A DNA stretch of 64,000 bases from an uncultured bacterium (lineage in GTDB: Bacteria; Auribacterota; Erginobacteria; Erginobacterales; Erginobacteraceae): NCBI GenBank assembly GCA_963822585.1, contig CAWGIE010000035.1, positions 64,001 through 128,000 of the forward strand, in the 5' to 3' direction. Of this stretch, positions 1 through 11,141 are shown piece after piece; positions within the stretch are counted from its first letter, which is position 1; the number at the start of each line of letters is the position of its first letter. The notes below the pieces were generated by a model. The model was not told the DNA's origin, made no database searches, and was given only the letters and a program-made list of their open reading frames with translations. The position numbers were made by a program, and so were the translations under genes.

Positions 1-1434
1 GAATATCCCGATCTCGGTCGTCCCGTCGCCGTTGTAATCGCCGGGGACAGGAGCGTCCCCGGAGCCGCCAAAGTACGCCCGGGTTATTCCCCGGATCGCC
101 CAGAGCCCGGTGCTCCCCCGGAAGACGCCGATGTCGGAGGTCCCGTCGCCGTTATAGTCATAGGTCCAGGGCTGGCGGCCGGCGCCGGATAAAGGCAGCA
201 GGGTGATGGTAAAAGTGTCCCCTTCATTGACAAAGATCGAGGTGTTGTAACCGTAGCCGTCGTCGTAAGAGAGGGCGTAACAGTCGTGGTTGATGGCGTA
301 TTTATGGAGGATCTTTCCGTAGTAGTTGACCGGCGAATCGGGGGTGTTGGTCCCCTGGTAGAAGTAGTTCGGGTTATCCCAGTCCGACCCGGCCCGGTGC
401 ATCACCCCCCGCTGGATGGCGCTGTTGACGATCGGGGCCAAAATCCCGGTGGTGAACTCCCCGGCGCCCCCGAAGATGATGTGGGCCCAGTTGTCGCCTA
501 TGTTGGAACCGGTCGGGGGCGGGTCCGGAAGCGAGGTCCAGGCCGGCCGGGTGAAGGTCCCTCCCCCATTGTCCCACGTGAGCGAGTCTCCGGCGGCGTT
601 CACGGTCCCGGTGTAGGTGGTGGCGTTGTAGTTCAGCGTGATCGTCCGGTTGGGAACCCAGCATTCGTTCTTGACGTAGTCGTTCCAGAAGTAGCTGAAG
701 CGCTTGAAGTTGCCGTTCCAGTCGCCGCTCTGGGGGTCGGGGAGAGCTTCGGAGGGCGTGGCCACCTTGTCGGGAGCGATCACCCGCCAAGTGGTGCCGG
801 CGCTGTGCTGGACCAGGTTGTCTATGAAGATGGCGGTGTTGCCGAACTCCTGCGCTCCCGGCGTCGACGGGACCCCCGTAAAGGCGCTGAAGATCGCTTC
901 CCGGCTGACCTGGAAGCCGTAGGTGACCTTCTTGCCGGTGTTTTTGTCGACGGCCGAGAAGGTTGAAGGCAGGCTGAAGAAGTCCACGTTGGTGTTGTTC
1001 ATGTTCAGCTGTCCGGGGACGTTGGTGGTGAATTCCATCTTGTCGTAGAGGAGCCGGTCATCCGGCCCTAAGCCGGGCTGGCTGTTGACGGAATCGAAGG
1101 TAAGAACGTTGAAGTCGGCTCCGTAGGAGAAGTAGATCCTCCCTTCCCCGATCGGCGGGATGGGAACGGTCACATTCCCGCTGCCCCCGATCTCCTGCAG
1201 CGTGGCGGTCATCTGGGTAACATCACTGACCCGGGGCACCACATAGGAATGGGTAGTGAAATCGAGGTAGCCGTGGGTGGCGCCGTCGTCTCCGGTCACG
1301 TAGAGATAGACCTGGTCGTTGCCGTACCCGGATTTATTGACGAAGGTGACGTTGATGGTGGTCTCGCCCGCGAGCCGCCCCACTCCGATAGATAAAAATA
1401 AAAGACATAAACAGGCCAGGGCCGCTTTTCTCAC
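1..1434 (-). CDS. Secreted GH64-like beta-1,3-glucanase with C-terminal DYNGDG (FG-GAP-like) repeats; 3' end runs off the window
   Basis: Not in the ORF track; translated by hand. GTG at 1434 follows AAGGAGGAG. Signal peptide MRKAALACLCLLFLSIG. Motifs GRIYFS, YDKMEFT, NNTNVDFF and NYYGKILHKYAINHDCYALSYDD match GH64. Then [32 protein letters not shown] repeats. Confidence 0.8.
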   Translation of the reverse strand, partial: MRKAALACLCLLFLSIGVGRLAGETTINVTFVNKSGYGNDQVYLYVTGDDGATHGYLDFTTHSYVVPRVSDVTQMTATLQEIGGSGNVTVPIPPIGEGRIYFSYGADFNVLTFDSVNSQPGLGPDDRLLYDKMEFTTNVPGQLNMNNTNVDFFSLPSTFSAVDKNTGKKVTYGFQVSREAIFSAFTGVPSTPGAQEFGNTAIFIDNLVQHSAGTTWRVIAPDKVATPSEALPDPQSGDWNGNFKRFSYFWNDYVKNECWVPNRTITLNYNATTYTGTVNAAGDSLTWDNGGGTFTRPAWTSLPDPPPTGSNIGDNWAHIIFGGAGEFTTGILAPIVNSAIQRGVMHRAGSDWDNPNYFYQGTNTPDSPVNYYGKILHKYAINHDCYALSYDDGYGYNTSIFVNEGDTFTITLLPLSGAGRQPWTYDYNGDGTSDIGVFRGSTGLWAIRGITRAYFGGSGDAPVPGDYNGDGTTEIGIF

Positions 1435-1908
1435 ATTCTCCTCCTTTAACCCGATTTATTTATACATCAGGTTAGTTTGGAACAATACCGGAGTTGGTAT
1501 AGATAACAATGATATAAGACGTAGTCATAATGACATTGATGATTATACGGGAAATAAAAAGCAACCGCAATAGGATTAAGGTCGCGGCTGCCGGTAAAAG
1601 ATTATTACTGAACTTCGAACGGGAAATCCGCAGAGAGCATAGCGCAGGGAGCAGAGCGCCCAGAAAAGCCGGTGCAGCAGCGCGAAAGGATAATTGCTGA
1701 ACGTCGAACGCTCAACGCTCAACCCTGCGAAGCAGGGCAAGCTTTCAATTTATCCGCCGGCGGACGTCCAGCGAACTGGACCACAGCAACAACAATAATC
1801 AGCTTAATCCGCGTAATCCGCGGTTTCAAAGAGGGGCGAGGTAGGGGGAAACAATCACTTCCCATCACATTCAATCGTCTGTTTCTTTTCAGGGGGCGAG
1901 GCGGGGGA

Positions 1909-2871
1909 TTAGTTAACCTGATTGGGGGCCGTCTCCCCCCGCATCATGGCGACCAGGTTTTCGGCCGCCATAATCGCCATCCTGGTCCGGGTTTCGACGG
2001 TGGCGGACCCGATGTGAGGGAGCAGGACCACGCTCTGCAGGGAGAGAAGGCTGGGATGAAGGTGGGGTTCTTTCTCGTAAACGTCCAGTCCGGCGCCCGC
2101 GATCATCCCCTCCTGGAGTGCTTCCACCAGGGCTTCTTCATCTACCAGAGGACCCCGGGAGGTGTTGATCAGGTAAGCCGTTTTCTTCATCCGGGCCAGC
2201 TCCCGCCGGCCGATCAGTTTTCTGGTGGCCTCGCTCAGGGGTACATGGAGGGTGATGAAATCGGCCTCTTTGAGTAAGGTCTCGAAATCGACCTGTCGGG
2301 CCCCGGTTTCCTTCTCAAAAGCCTTGTTCCTCTCGGGATCGGTATAAATGATGGATAAACCGAAACCGCACCCCCGCCGGGCGACCGCGGTCCCGATCCT
2401 CCCCGCCCCCACGATGCCCAGGGTCTTGCCCTGCAGATCGGCGCCCAGAAAGAGCATCGGGCCCCAGCCGGTGAATTCGCCCGCGCGGAGGAACCGGGTC
2501 GCCTCCGGGAGGCGCCGGACGGTGGCCAGCAGGAGCGCCCAGGCCAGGTCGGCGGTGGCGTCGGTGAGAACATCCGGTGTGTTGCTGACCGGGATGCCTT
2601 TCTCGGCCGCCGCCGCGATGTCGATATTGTCGTAGCCGACCGCCATGGTGGCGATCCCCTTCAGGCCGGGGGTCCGTTCGAGAAAGTCGCGATCGATGGT
2701 GTCGTTCAGGAGGCAGAGCAGGCCGTCTTTTCCCCGGCAGCGCGCTTCCAGTTCGTCCCCCATCAGGATCCGGTCTTCGGGGTTGACCTCGACCTCGAAA
2801 CCCGCCTGCTCGAGGATATCGATGCCCGGCTGGGGTATCTTCCGGCTTACAAAAACGGTTGTTTTCATCAT
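1909..2871 (-). CDS. gyaR: D-glycerate dehydrogenase / glyoxylate reductase (2-hydroxyacid dehydrogenase)
   Basis: AVGYDNID, NTPDVLT, GIVGAGRIG, INTSRGPLVDE, GLDVYEKEP, LPHIGSAT. Confidence 0.9.
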   Translation of the reverse strand: MMKTTVFVSRKIPQPGIDILEQAGFEVEVNPEDRILMGDELEARCRGKDGLLCLLNDTIDRDFLERTPGLKGIATMAVGYDNIDIAAAAEKGIPVSNTPDVLTDATADLAWALLLATVRRLPEATRFLRAGEFTGWGPMLFLGADLQGKTLGIVGAGRIGTAVARRGCGFGLSIIYTDPERNKAFEKETGARQVDFETLLKEADFITLHVPLSEATRKLIGRRELARMKKTAYLINTSRGPLVDEEALVEALQEGMIAGAGLDVYEKEPHLHPSLLSLQSVVLLPHIGSATVETRTRMAIMAAENLVAMMRGETAPNQVN

Positions 2872-3248
2872 ATCCTGGGTTTATAGTTATACTGGAATTT
2901 AGCTTCGCAACTTATTGAACCGCGAATCTCGCTAATCTTCGCTAATTCAAAAAATATAAACTACGAATTTCGCAAATTACACGAAGTATTTTTAAATATT
3001 CCAACAATATTGATTCAATGTTTGTACATTCATATTTTCCCCCCTGTCCCGAAGTATTAATCGGGGGGGAAAATAAGAATATAGTCCCGAGGGCCATCGG
3101 GGAAATTCCAAAACAGGAATATAGTATAGCATATCGGCTTCCGGGAAAGGGCATATTATTTGTTTAAGGGATAAAACAGTATATCTTTTCGGTCCCGATC
3201 AGCCCGCGCTGCATGCGTTATTAACTCCGAGCCGAGACAGGAGCAAGC

Positions 3249-4562
3249 GTGAGCCCCGTCGCGAAATTTATTGATTTTTTTACCCGGGACATCTGGGCGA
3301 TGGAAATCTCCACCCTTTCCGGCGTCCGTCGCCTGGTGGTGCGCCTGCTCAAGGTCATCTATATGGTGATCCGCGGCTTCCTGAAGGACAGCTGTCCTCT
3401 CCGCGCGTCCGCTCTCACCTACGCGTCGCTCCTCTCGGTGGTGCCCCTCCTGGCCTTCGCCTTCGCGCTCGCCCGCGCCTTCGGCCTCGATATCAGTCCC
3501 CTGAAAAAATTCCTGGTCGAGAACGTTACCCTGGGGAACGAGGAGATCGCCGGCCGGCTCTTCACGTTCGTCGACAACATCCGGGCCGGCACCCTGGGGC
3601 CGCCCGCCCTGGCGCTTTTGATCGTGACCATCATCTCCGTGATGGGGAACATCGAATTCTCCTTCAACCACATCTGGGGCGTGCGGCGGTCCCGCACGAT
3701 CTGGCGGAAGTTCACCGATTACCTGAGCGTGCTCCTGGTCGTCCCGATCTTGGTCGCGGCCGGCGTCGCGATCGGAGGCGTGCTCCGGTCAAACGAGATG
3801 GTCCAGTCCGTTCTTCATTTCCACGTCCTCCAGGCCGTTTTCTGGGAGATGATGAACCGCCTCCTCATCTGCCTGGGATTTTCTTTTCTCTATATCTTCA
3901 TGCCCAACACCCGGGTAAAAATAGTGCCCGCGCTGGTCGGGGGGTTGCTCGCCGGCCTGACCTGGCAGGCCGCCCTCTGGGGATACATCACCTTCCAACT
4001 CGGCTTTGTCAAGTACGCCAGCATCTACGGCGCCCTGGCTTCGATCCCGATCAACCTGGTCTGGGTATACATCAGCTGGAACATCGTTCTTCTGGGGGCC
4101 GAGATCTCGTTCGCGGTACAGAACGTGCAGACGTTCTACGGTGAGGAAGCAGCTCTCTCCCGGAGCTGGAATTACCAGGAATTGGTCGCCCTCAACCTTC
4201 TGGTCCGGATCGGGACCCGGTTTTTAAAAGGCGAGCCCCCCGTCGCCGCCGCGTCCCTGGCCGGCGATTTCGATGTCCCGGTCCGCCTGGTCAACCAGTC
4301 CCTGCAGCAGATGGCGGACGGAGGGCTGCTCAGCGAAATCGCGGGGGAGGAACGGCATTACCAGCCCGCCCGCGACTTGAGCACGATGACATTGAAGTCC
4401 GTCGTTCATGCCCTGCGCAGCTCCGGCGGCCCGGCCGTTATCCCTCCCCCGCTGAAGACGTCGCCGGCGGTTCTCCGGATCGAGGATATCCTCAAGCATT
4501 CGCTGGAAGAGCCCGGCGGCACCCTGACCATGGCCGATCTCCTCTCCCGGGATAACACCTGA
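3249..4562 (+). CDS. YihY/BrkB family membrane protein with C-terminal Rrf2-like winged helix
   Basis: ASALTYASLLSVVP, IEFSFNHIWGV, YASIYGALASIP, VLLGAEIS; C-terminal YQPAR winged-helix-like region. Confidence 0.85.
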   Translation: MSPVAKFIDFFTRDIWAMEISTLSGVRRLVVRLLKVIYMVIRGFLKDSCPLRASALTYASLLSVVPLLAFAFALARAFGLDISPLKKFLVENVTLGNEEIAGRLFTFVDNIRAGTLGPPALALLIVTIISVMGNIEFSFNHIWGVRRSRTIWRKFTDYLSVLLVVPILVAAGVAIGGVLRSNEMVQSVLHFHVLQAVFWEMMNRLLICLGFSFLYIFMPNTRVKIVPALVGGLLAGLTWQAALWGYITFQLGFVKYASIYGALASIPINLVWVYISWNIVLLGAEISFAVQNVQTFYGEEAALSRSWNYQELVALNLLVRIGTRFLKGEPPVAAASLAGDFDVPVRLVNQSLQQMADGGLLSEIAGEERHYQPARDLSTMTLKSVVHALRSSGGPAVIPPPLKTSPAVLRIEDILKHSLEEPGGTLTMADLLSRDNT

Positions 4563-4933
4563 TCCTCGCATCGCCCCCTTTAAAAGAACAGACGATTGAA
4601 TGTGATTGAATCGGATTGTCCCCCCGACCTCGCACCCGTAATGAGTAGCCAATTTCCAACGGCTATTTTTCAATGTTCAAATAGCCCAGCCGATATATTT
4701 GATTATTGGTTATTGGACATTGGTCATTGGTGATTAACCCCAACCGTGCCCCCTTTTTAAGCACAGAGGCACAGAGCAGATGTCCTCCTCGCCCCATCCC
4801 CTTTGAAAAACCGGAAGGGGATAACAGTTTAAGAGAGGAGTTTTGTGTGGAATTATCGAAGAGTATTACCGGAGGGATATGATTTGACATAATTTTTCTT
4901 TCGTCCCGCACTTCGTGCGGGACGAAAGAAAAA

Positions 4934-6073
4934 TTAAACGAAGATCCGTTGGAAGAGGGGCTTGACCAGGTCGATGCCGTGATGGACGCAGGTCTCGTGG
5001 CAGCAGTAGCAGCGGATACAGCAGGCGAGATGAATCTCCGCCTTTCCGTCGGTCAGGCTGATGGTCTTAACCGGACAGACACGGACGCAGTCCCCACAGC
5101 CGACGCAGTTCTTCCTGATGATCCGGGGACGGGTGCTGAGGAGGTATTTGGCGATCGGCATGAAGGGTTTGGTCCAGGCCGGGAACGCCGCCGCCCGTCC
5201 GGGCGGTGTCCGGAACCCTTTCTGGACCACCGAGGCGAGATCCTCTCCCCGGACCTCGATTCCGGAGAGGTCGGCGTTGAGCAGGCCCCTCTCCACGCAC
5301 AGACGGGTGGTGGAGATGGAGAGCGGGTCGATCCCCATGATCCGGGAGAGGACCACGTCCACCTCCGCCGGGCTCTCGCCGGCCACGATCAAACCCATGT
5401 CACGCCGGTCCCCGGCCCCCGGCCCCGGTCCCTCCATCCCCCAGATCCCGTCGGTGATGGTGAGAGCGGGGGCGGCAAACTCCGCCAGATCGACCAGCAT
5501 CGAGGAGAAGTCGTTGACATCGGGGAAGCGGGCGTGGTAGGCCGGCTTGATCAGTCCCGGCACCAGCCCGAAGAGGTTCTTGACCGCCCCGGTCAGGCGG
5601 GTGAAGCTGTGGGTCTTGAACTTGGGCAGGTTGATGATGACGTCGGCGTCGAGAGCGGGCTGGATGATCTCGCTTTTCTTAATGATCCTCCCGCGCGGCA
5701 GGTCCGTGATTCGATGCCCGGTATCGAGGGCCAGTTCCGCCCCGGTCTCATCCGCCGCCCGGTCCATCCCGCAGGCCCGGTAGAGCTTGACCAGGGTGTT
5801 GCGGGTATGGGTGGCGGCCGCCCCCGGGCTGTCTCCAATTACGGCCTTGCCCCCGGCCCGCTTGACCAGAATCGAGACCGCCCTAACCAGGGCCGGGTGG
5901 GTGGTAACCACCTCCTCCGGCCGCGCCTTTCTCAGGAGGTTCGGCTTCAGCAGTACCGTCTGCCCCGGCCGCACGAACTTCTCTATCCCTCCGAGGGGTG
6001 CCAGGGCCCGCTCCAGCGCCTGTTCCAGGGCTTTATCGTAATAGCCGTCGCATTGTTCTATGGTCACGATCAT
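4934..6073 (-). CDS. DUF362 domain protein with C-terminal 4Fe-4S dicluster
   Basis: VLLKPNLL, TTHP, GDSPG, INLPKFKTH, GAVKNLFG; CxxCxxCxxxCP and CxxCxCCxxxC. Start placed at ATG 6073. Confidence 0.85.
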   Translation of the reverse strand: MIVTIEQCDGYYDKALEQALERALAPLGGIEKFVRPGQTVLLKPNLLRKARPEEVVTTHPALVRAVSILVKRAGGKAVIGDSPGAAATHTRNTLVKLYRACGMDRAADETGAELALDTGHRITDLPRGRIIKKSEIIQPALDADVIINLPKFKTHSFTRLTGAVKNLFGLVPGLIKPAYHARFPDVNDFSSMLVDLAEFAAPALTITDGIWGMEGPGPGAGDRRDMGLIVAGESPAEVDVVLSRIMGIDPLSISTTRLCVERGLLNADLSGIEVRGEDLASVVQKGFRTPPGRAAAFPAWTKPFMPIAKYLLSTRPRIIRKNCVGCGDCVRVCPVKTISLTDGKAEIHLACCIRCYCCHETCVHHGIDLVKPLFQRIFV

Positions 6074-6223
6074 ACAAGTAAGTATTACCACGAAGGACAC
6101 GAAGGTCACGAAGAAAAATTATCATTTTTTGCTCTTTTCATGTATACTCACCAATATCTGCACATTTGAGTGGAACTGCATTGCTCATCAGGCGAAAGAA
6201 TATCATACGGCCGGAGGCAAGAT

Positions 6224-9205
6224 ATGACTAAATATCTATCATACTGTGCTCTTTGTTTATTAACAGTATTCTTTCTCCATAATACCGCCGCGATGGGGGT
6301 TACCCCATCACCGTCATCCATCCCCGAGCCGACCCCGGTTCCCGCACCGACACCGCCGCCGGGGACGATCCGGGTCACTATTCTCTCCAACCTGGAGAAA
6401 CCGGTCTCCGGGGTCCGTGTCTCCGTCTTCAGGCTGAGAGGACCGGATGGGGAAGAGCTTTCACCCTGCGACGGATATGAAGAGATCGCACTGGAGGCGA
6501 AATCGGAGACGCTCTTTGAGAAGGACCTTTCACCCGGGCCGTACCGGGTGGAGGCTTCCGCGCCGGGATGGATAGGCGAGGCGATCGAGCAGGTTGAGAT
6601 GAAGGAGGGAGAGGTCCGGGAACTGACGATCAAGCTGCAGCCGGGGCAGAGAATCGCCGGCCGGGTGGAGGATGGAGAAGGGGGCTCCCTGGCCGGGGTT
6701 GAAATTGACTACTGGTCGTCATCGGGGATGGATACCGGCCCTTCTCTTTATTTGGTGGAGAGAAAGTCCGTCACCAACAGCGACGGCCGGTTCGATCTGA
6801 ACGAGTTAAGAGAAGGGGTTTATTCGGTCACCGCTTCCCGGGAAGGATATATTAAAAATACCCGGGACGACGTGGCGACCGGGACGGATAATCTGCTGAT
6901 GGTATTGAGAAAAGGGTATGTTATCACAGGAGTTCTTCAGGGCGATCTGGAGGATCTGGGCTCCCCCGTTCGACTGGATTTCAAAAAAGGGAAATGGGGA
7001 TCCTTCAGCCGGTCAGTTGATCTCGATCCGGAAAATAGTTTCTCCGTCTCGGATCTGGAGCGGGGGAGTTACAATATCCGGATCAAGAGCGGGGATTATA
7101 TCTCCGATTGGGCCGTGAACATTCCGGTTGTTTCCGAGAACAGGCCTGTTCCCGTGGTTCTGACCGTTTACCGGGGCGCGAGCATCTCAGGCCGGGTCGT
7201 TGACGGAAAGACGAATATCCCACTGGAAAACGTTCGGGTTGACCTCGATCCCGTCAACGGCACGAGAGGGGATATCGATACCACCGATGAAGAGGGGATG
7301 TATGAGTTCAAGGCCCTTCCGGCGGGGAATTACCGGCTGGCCGCCCGGCTCGGGTATGAACCCTGGCGGAAAAAACGGGTTGAAAAAGAGATCAGCCTGG
7401 CCTCCGGGGAGAAGCTGACCGGGATAGACCTGGAGCTTGATCCGGGGCGCCGGATAACGGTGAACGGGTTGGTCGTGGATGGGGATGGAAGGCCGGTCTC
7501 CGGAGCCAAGATCCGGGAACATTTCCGTCTCCCGGGGGAAGAGATGTTCACATCCAATTACAGGGGCAACCTTCTCTCGGATGAATCGGGCGCCTTCAGT
7601 ATGGAAATCCTGGTCCCGAAGGACGCGGAGATCAAACTGGAGGCCGAGAAGAAAGGCTTTGCCCCCAGCCGGGATGAGAACGTTCCTCTTTCCTCGGGGC
7701 GCGACCGCGTGGAGGGGATTGTTCTCCAGATGAGTTCGGGAGCGGATCTAGCGGTGGAGGTGGAGGATGAAGAGGGGGGTGCGATTCCCGGTGCCGTGGT
7801 CTCCCTCACGACCGACTGGGACTGGTCGGCCCGGAAGGAAACTCCGTTCCGGTTCCTGGAAAAAAAGAAGCTCTCCGACAGCCGGGGTCGGATGCCTTTT
7901 CGATAATCTCTCTCCAAATGATTTTCAGGATCAAGGCCTCAAAGGATGGGTACAGCCCGGCATCGGAAAAGTTCACCCTCCCGGAAGATGAAGCAAGCGC
8001 CGCCGTGACGGTGACGATGCAGAAAGGCCGCGATCTCCTGGTCACGGTCAAGGATACCCGGGGGGAGGCGGTGGAAGGAGCGGCGGTATCCTTCCAGGAA
8101 CCGAGCCGGGGATTCACGATCGTCACCTTCTTCCTAGACGAGAAGAACCGTACCGATTCGCGGGGAATGGTCATTCTTCGCGATCTCCCTCCCCAGCCGG
8201 TCCTCGTCTCGGCGTAGGCCGACGGTTATTCCGCCACCCGCCGCCAGAAGGTAGGGGCCGATCAGGACGCAGTTGAAGTGATCTTGAATGATGCCGGTTC
8301 GATCCGGGGGCGTTTCCTGACCACGGGGAAGAAACCGGTCGCTGAAGTTAATATTTTTCCCTGGAAGAAAAAGAACGATCCCTTTGATTTCTTCTCGGGC
8401 TTCGGGGGCGTCACCCAGACAGTCGAGCTGGGGGAAGGATCGTTCCGGTTCGGTGGCCTGGTCCCCGGTACTTATGATCTGACCGTTGATTCGCCCGGTC
8501 TGGCTAGAAAAAAGATCGAGGGGGTGGAGGTGGAACCGGGTGAAGAGACCGAACTGGGAGAGGTCGTACTCCATCCGGAGGGGACGATCGCCGGCACGGT
8601 CGTCGACAGCCTGACCGGCGAACCGCTGGAGAAGTTCTGGGTCCGGATCAAGGGAGAGGGGTCGGTCGGCATTCCCCCCTTCGGCCGGCAAGAAGCGGGC
8701 GGCTATAGATTGGAACGACTTGGCGCGGGAGAGTATACGCTGATTGTGGACGCCAAGGATTATAAGCCGAAGGAAATCCCCGGCGTATCCCTCTCGGCGG
8801 GTGAGGAGGAAAAAGTCCCTCGGATCGAACTGGAGCGGATTACACCAGGAAGAAAAAGAAGAGCGCGACCGGGAGCAAAATGTCATCCCCTCGCTGGGGG
8901 TGCGGATCGGAATCGGGGAGGTGACAGAGGAGGGGGGGGTCTTCCCGGATGGTCTGCCGGTCGCGGAGGTGCTGCCGGGATCGTCGGCGGAGAAAGGAGG
9001 CCTTCTGGCTGGCGACAAGATCAAGAAGATCGACGGGAAGATGTTCTCGGAGGATCCGGAAGGCTTTTTTAAAGGCTGGATGGCAAAGCCGGGTACTGTG
9101 GTGAAGATCACCGTGGTGAGAGAAGGGACCGGGAAAGAGGAGGAGATCGAGCTCACCATCGGCGATTGGGATTATGAAGAGTTATTGAGAAAGGCGATGG
9201 AATAA
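6224..9205 (+). pseudogene. Large secreted protein with tandem carboxypeptidase-regulatory-like (beta-sandwich) repeats and a C-terminal PDZ domain; interrupted
   Basis: ORFs 6170-7906, 7918-8217, 8278-9072 and 8744-9205 join into one protein. Frameshifts near 7895 and 8840; in-frame TAG at 8215-8217. Repeats IxGRVVDxxGxPV; PDZ motif VAEVLPGSSAEKGGLLAGDKIKKIDG. The lesions may be sequencing errors. Confidence 0.7.
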
Positions 9206-9317
9206 TCCGATGTCTGCCTGACGGCAGGCAGACATCGGATTAGATTTGAACAATGCCGGAGCTGGTATTAACAGCAGTGTAATCAGGTATTGATCATAGT
9301 ATGAATCCGGACTCATC

Positions 9318-9346
9318 TTGACGCCGCCGCTTTTCCGCCGTATAAT
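9318..9346 (+). promoter_or_regulatory. sigma70-type promoter
   Basis: TTGACG-17 nt-TATAAT. Confidence 0.6.
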
Positions 9347-9476
9347 AAAATGGTATATTTTAACCTGTATTTCTCGTTCCCACGCGGAGCGTGGTAGCGA
9401 GAAGAAAATACTTGGTGTCTTGGTGCCTTGGTGGCATAAAGTTGCGAAGTTAACTTCTAATGAGGAGGTAATATGT

Positions 9477-10811
9477 ATGAAGAAGACAATGGTTTTTATT
9501 TTGGCGGCTGCTCTTTCGGTGCTGGCGGGGGCGGTCCCGGCCCGGGCCCAGGTGACGGACATCCAGGGCCTGATCGATAACGCTTCCCCGGGCACGGTTG
9601 TCTCGGTCCCGGCCGGAAACTATCGTGTCAACCTGATCCTGAAAGAAGGGGTGATCCTGGAAGGGGCGGGGGCCGAGGTGACACTTCTCGATGGCGGAGG
9701 AAAGGGCCCGGTCATCGTGGGAGAGGAGGGGAGCGTCGTCAAGGGGTTCACCATCACCAACGGGATCGAAGGGGTGAAGCTCTCCGGCAGTTTGATGGGC
9801 GTCTTCGAGAACGTCATCACCGGGAATAAAGGGAGCGGGATCCGGGCCGGCGGCGGCGACTGCGTGGTCATTAACAACTACATCGGGGCCAATAAAGGTC
9901 CCGCCGGGATCGACACCGCCCGGGCGTATGTTCTGGCCGCCAATAACTGTGTCTGCGGAGGAAAGGCGGCCTTCCTGTTCTGGAAGTCTCCCAAATCCAC
10001 GGTCGTGAATAACGTGATCGGATTCTCCGAGACGGGGGTGCTCCGGGACGATGAGTCCGCCCCGGTTATCGATAACAATATTTTCTGGGGGAACGGGGTC
10101 GATTTTGCCCCGATCGCGCCGGAGGAAGGAGAGAATTATTTCCAGGACCCGATCCTCCTGACAGGGGAGAACGGGGTTTGCCGTTTGGCGGAAGATTCTC
10201 CGGCAGGGGAATGGGGCGTCCCGGTCGAAGGCTTGCCGGAAGAGCTGACCGCCGGCATCGGCTCCGGCCCTTCGGGCAGCGTTCCCCTCGCGGTTTATCT
10301 GGGGATCATGTCGGCGGTGCGGTCCGGAACGCTGGGAGATCAGCCCCTGGTTGAATATGAACTGCTGGATGAGATCGGGAGTTTCGGCGTTGCCACCTCT
10401 TTCCCGCGGCCGGATTTTACCGTCGGTTCGTCGGCCCCCGCCACCGCTATCGAGGATATCGAAGCCTTTGATAAGGAAAGCCTCGATACGCTGATCGACC
10501 GCCTGATCCCCGACGATCCGCCCGCGGTAGAGGTGAGATGCCCGGGCGGGGCGGACTATCCCCGGGAGAATGACCGCTACGTCATGGAGAGCGTCTTCGT
10601 TAACCCCGATTCCTATTATGCGACCCCGGACGGCCTCCTTCACTTTGTTCGCAGCACTTCTTTCCCCCGGATCACGGTGACCATCCCCAAGGGATACGAA
10701 GTCGCGAGCCTCGCCCCGGAAGGGGAGATCGATCAAGAAACGGGGGCCGTCTCGCTCCTGAACCCCGATCAGGCCCTGATCGAGATCAACCTGGTCCTCT
10801 CCCCGCTCTGA
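9477..10811 (+). CDS. Secreted right-handed parallel beta-helix (pectin-lyase-like fold) protein
   Basis: RBS GAGGAGG; signal peptide MKKTMVFILAAALSVLAGAVPARA; IQGLIDNASPGTVVSVPAGNY, GFTITNG and NN-repeat beta-helix pattern. Confidence 0.7.
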   Translation: MKKTMVFILAAALSVLAGAVPARAQVTDIQGLIDNASPGTVVSVPAGNYRVNLILKEGVILEGAGAEVTLLDGGGKGPVIVGEEGSVVKGFTITNGIEGVKLSGSLMGVFENVITGNKGSGIRAGGGDCVVINNYIGANKGPAGIDTARAYVLAANNCVCGGKAAFLFWKSPKSTVVNNVIGFSETGVLRDDESAPVIDNNIFWGNGVDFAPIAPEEGENYFQDPILLTGENGVCRLAEDSPAGEWGVPVEGLPEELTAGIGSGPSGSVPLAVYLGIMSAVRSGTLGDQPLVEYELLDEIGSFGVATSFPRPDFTVGSSAPATAIEDIEAFDKESLDTLIDRLIPDDPPAVEVRCPGGADYPRENDRYVMESVFVNPDSYYATPDGLLHFVRSTSFPRITVTIPKGYEVASLAPEGEIDQETGAVSLLNPDQALIEINLVLSPL

Positions 10812-10833
10812 ACCGCCAAGAAATTAAAAAGAG

Positions 10834-10910
10834 AATATCGAACACCGAATATCGAATGTCGAATGTCGAAGAAGAAGCATTCATAATTCGAAATTCGATG
10901 TTCGATATTT
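10834..10910. repeat. Inverted 7-bp tandem array (CGAATAT-type)
   Basis: AATATCGAACACCGAATATCGAATGTCGAATGTCGAA ... TTCGAAATTCGATGTTCGATATT. Confidence 0.7.
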
Positions 10911-10979
10911 GCTTTTCTCCTTGTGTCTTAATTTTACTCTGTTTGAAAAGCTTATTTTATTGAATTAAAGCTAATTAAA

Positions 10980-11076
10980 ACCACGAAGGACACGAAGATC
11001 ACGAAGGTTTTTTGAAAAATGAGCTGGATCTTATTTTTCCTCAACTATTCTTCGTGTACTTCGTGACCTTCGTGGT
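10980..11076. repeat. Inverted 9-bp tandem array (CACGAAG-type)
   Basis: ACCACGAAGGACACGAAGATCACGAAG ... CTTCGTGTACTTCGTGACCTTCGTGGT. Confidence 0.8.
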
Positions 11077-11141
11077 GAATCAGTTCGTTCTTCCAGGTAA
11101 GATTTTTTAATTCCTTTTCGAGTATAGTCTAATTAACCATT

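Noticed and set aside
9431..9446. Possible sigma54 promoter TGGCATAAAGTTGCG
   Set aside because: The spacing is GG-N9-GC rather than N10, and it lies inside a repeat element
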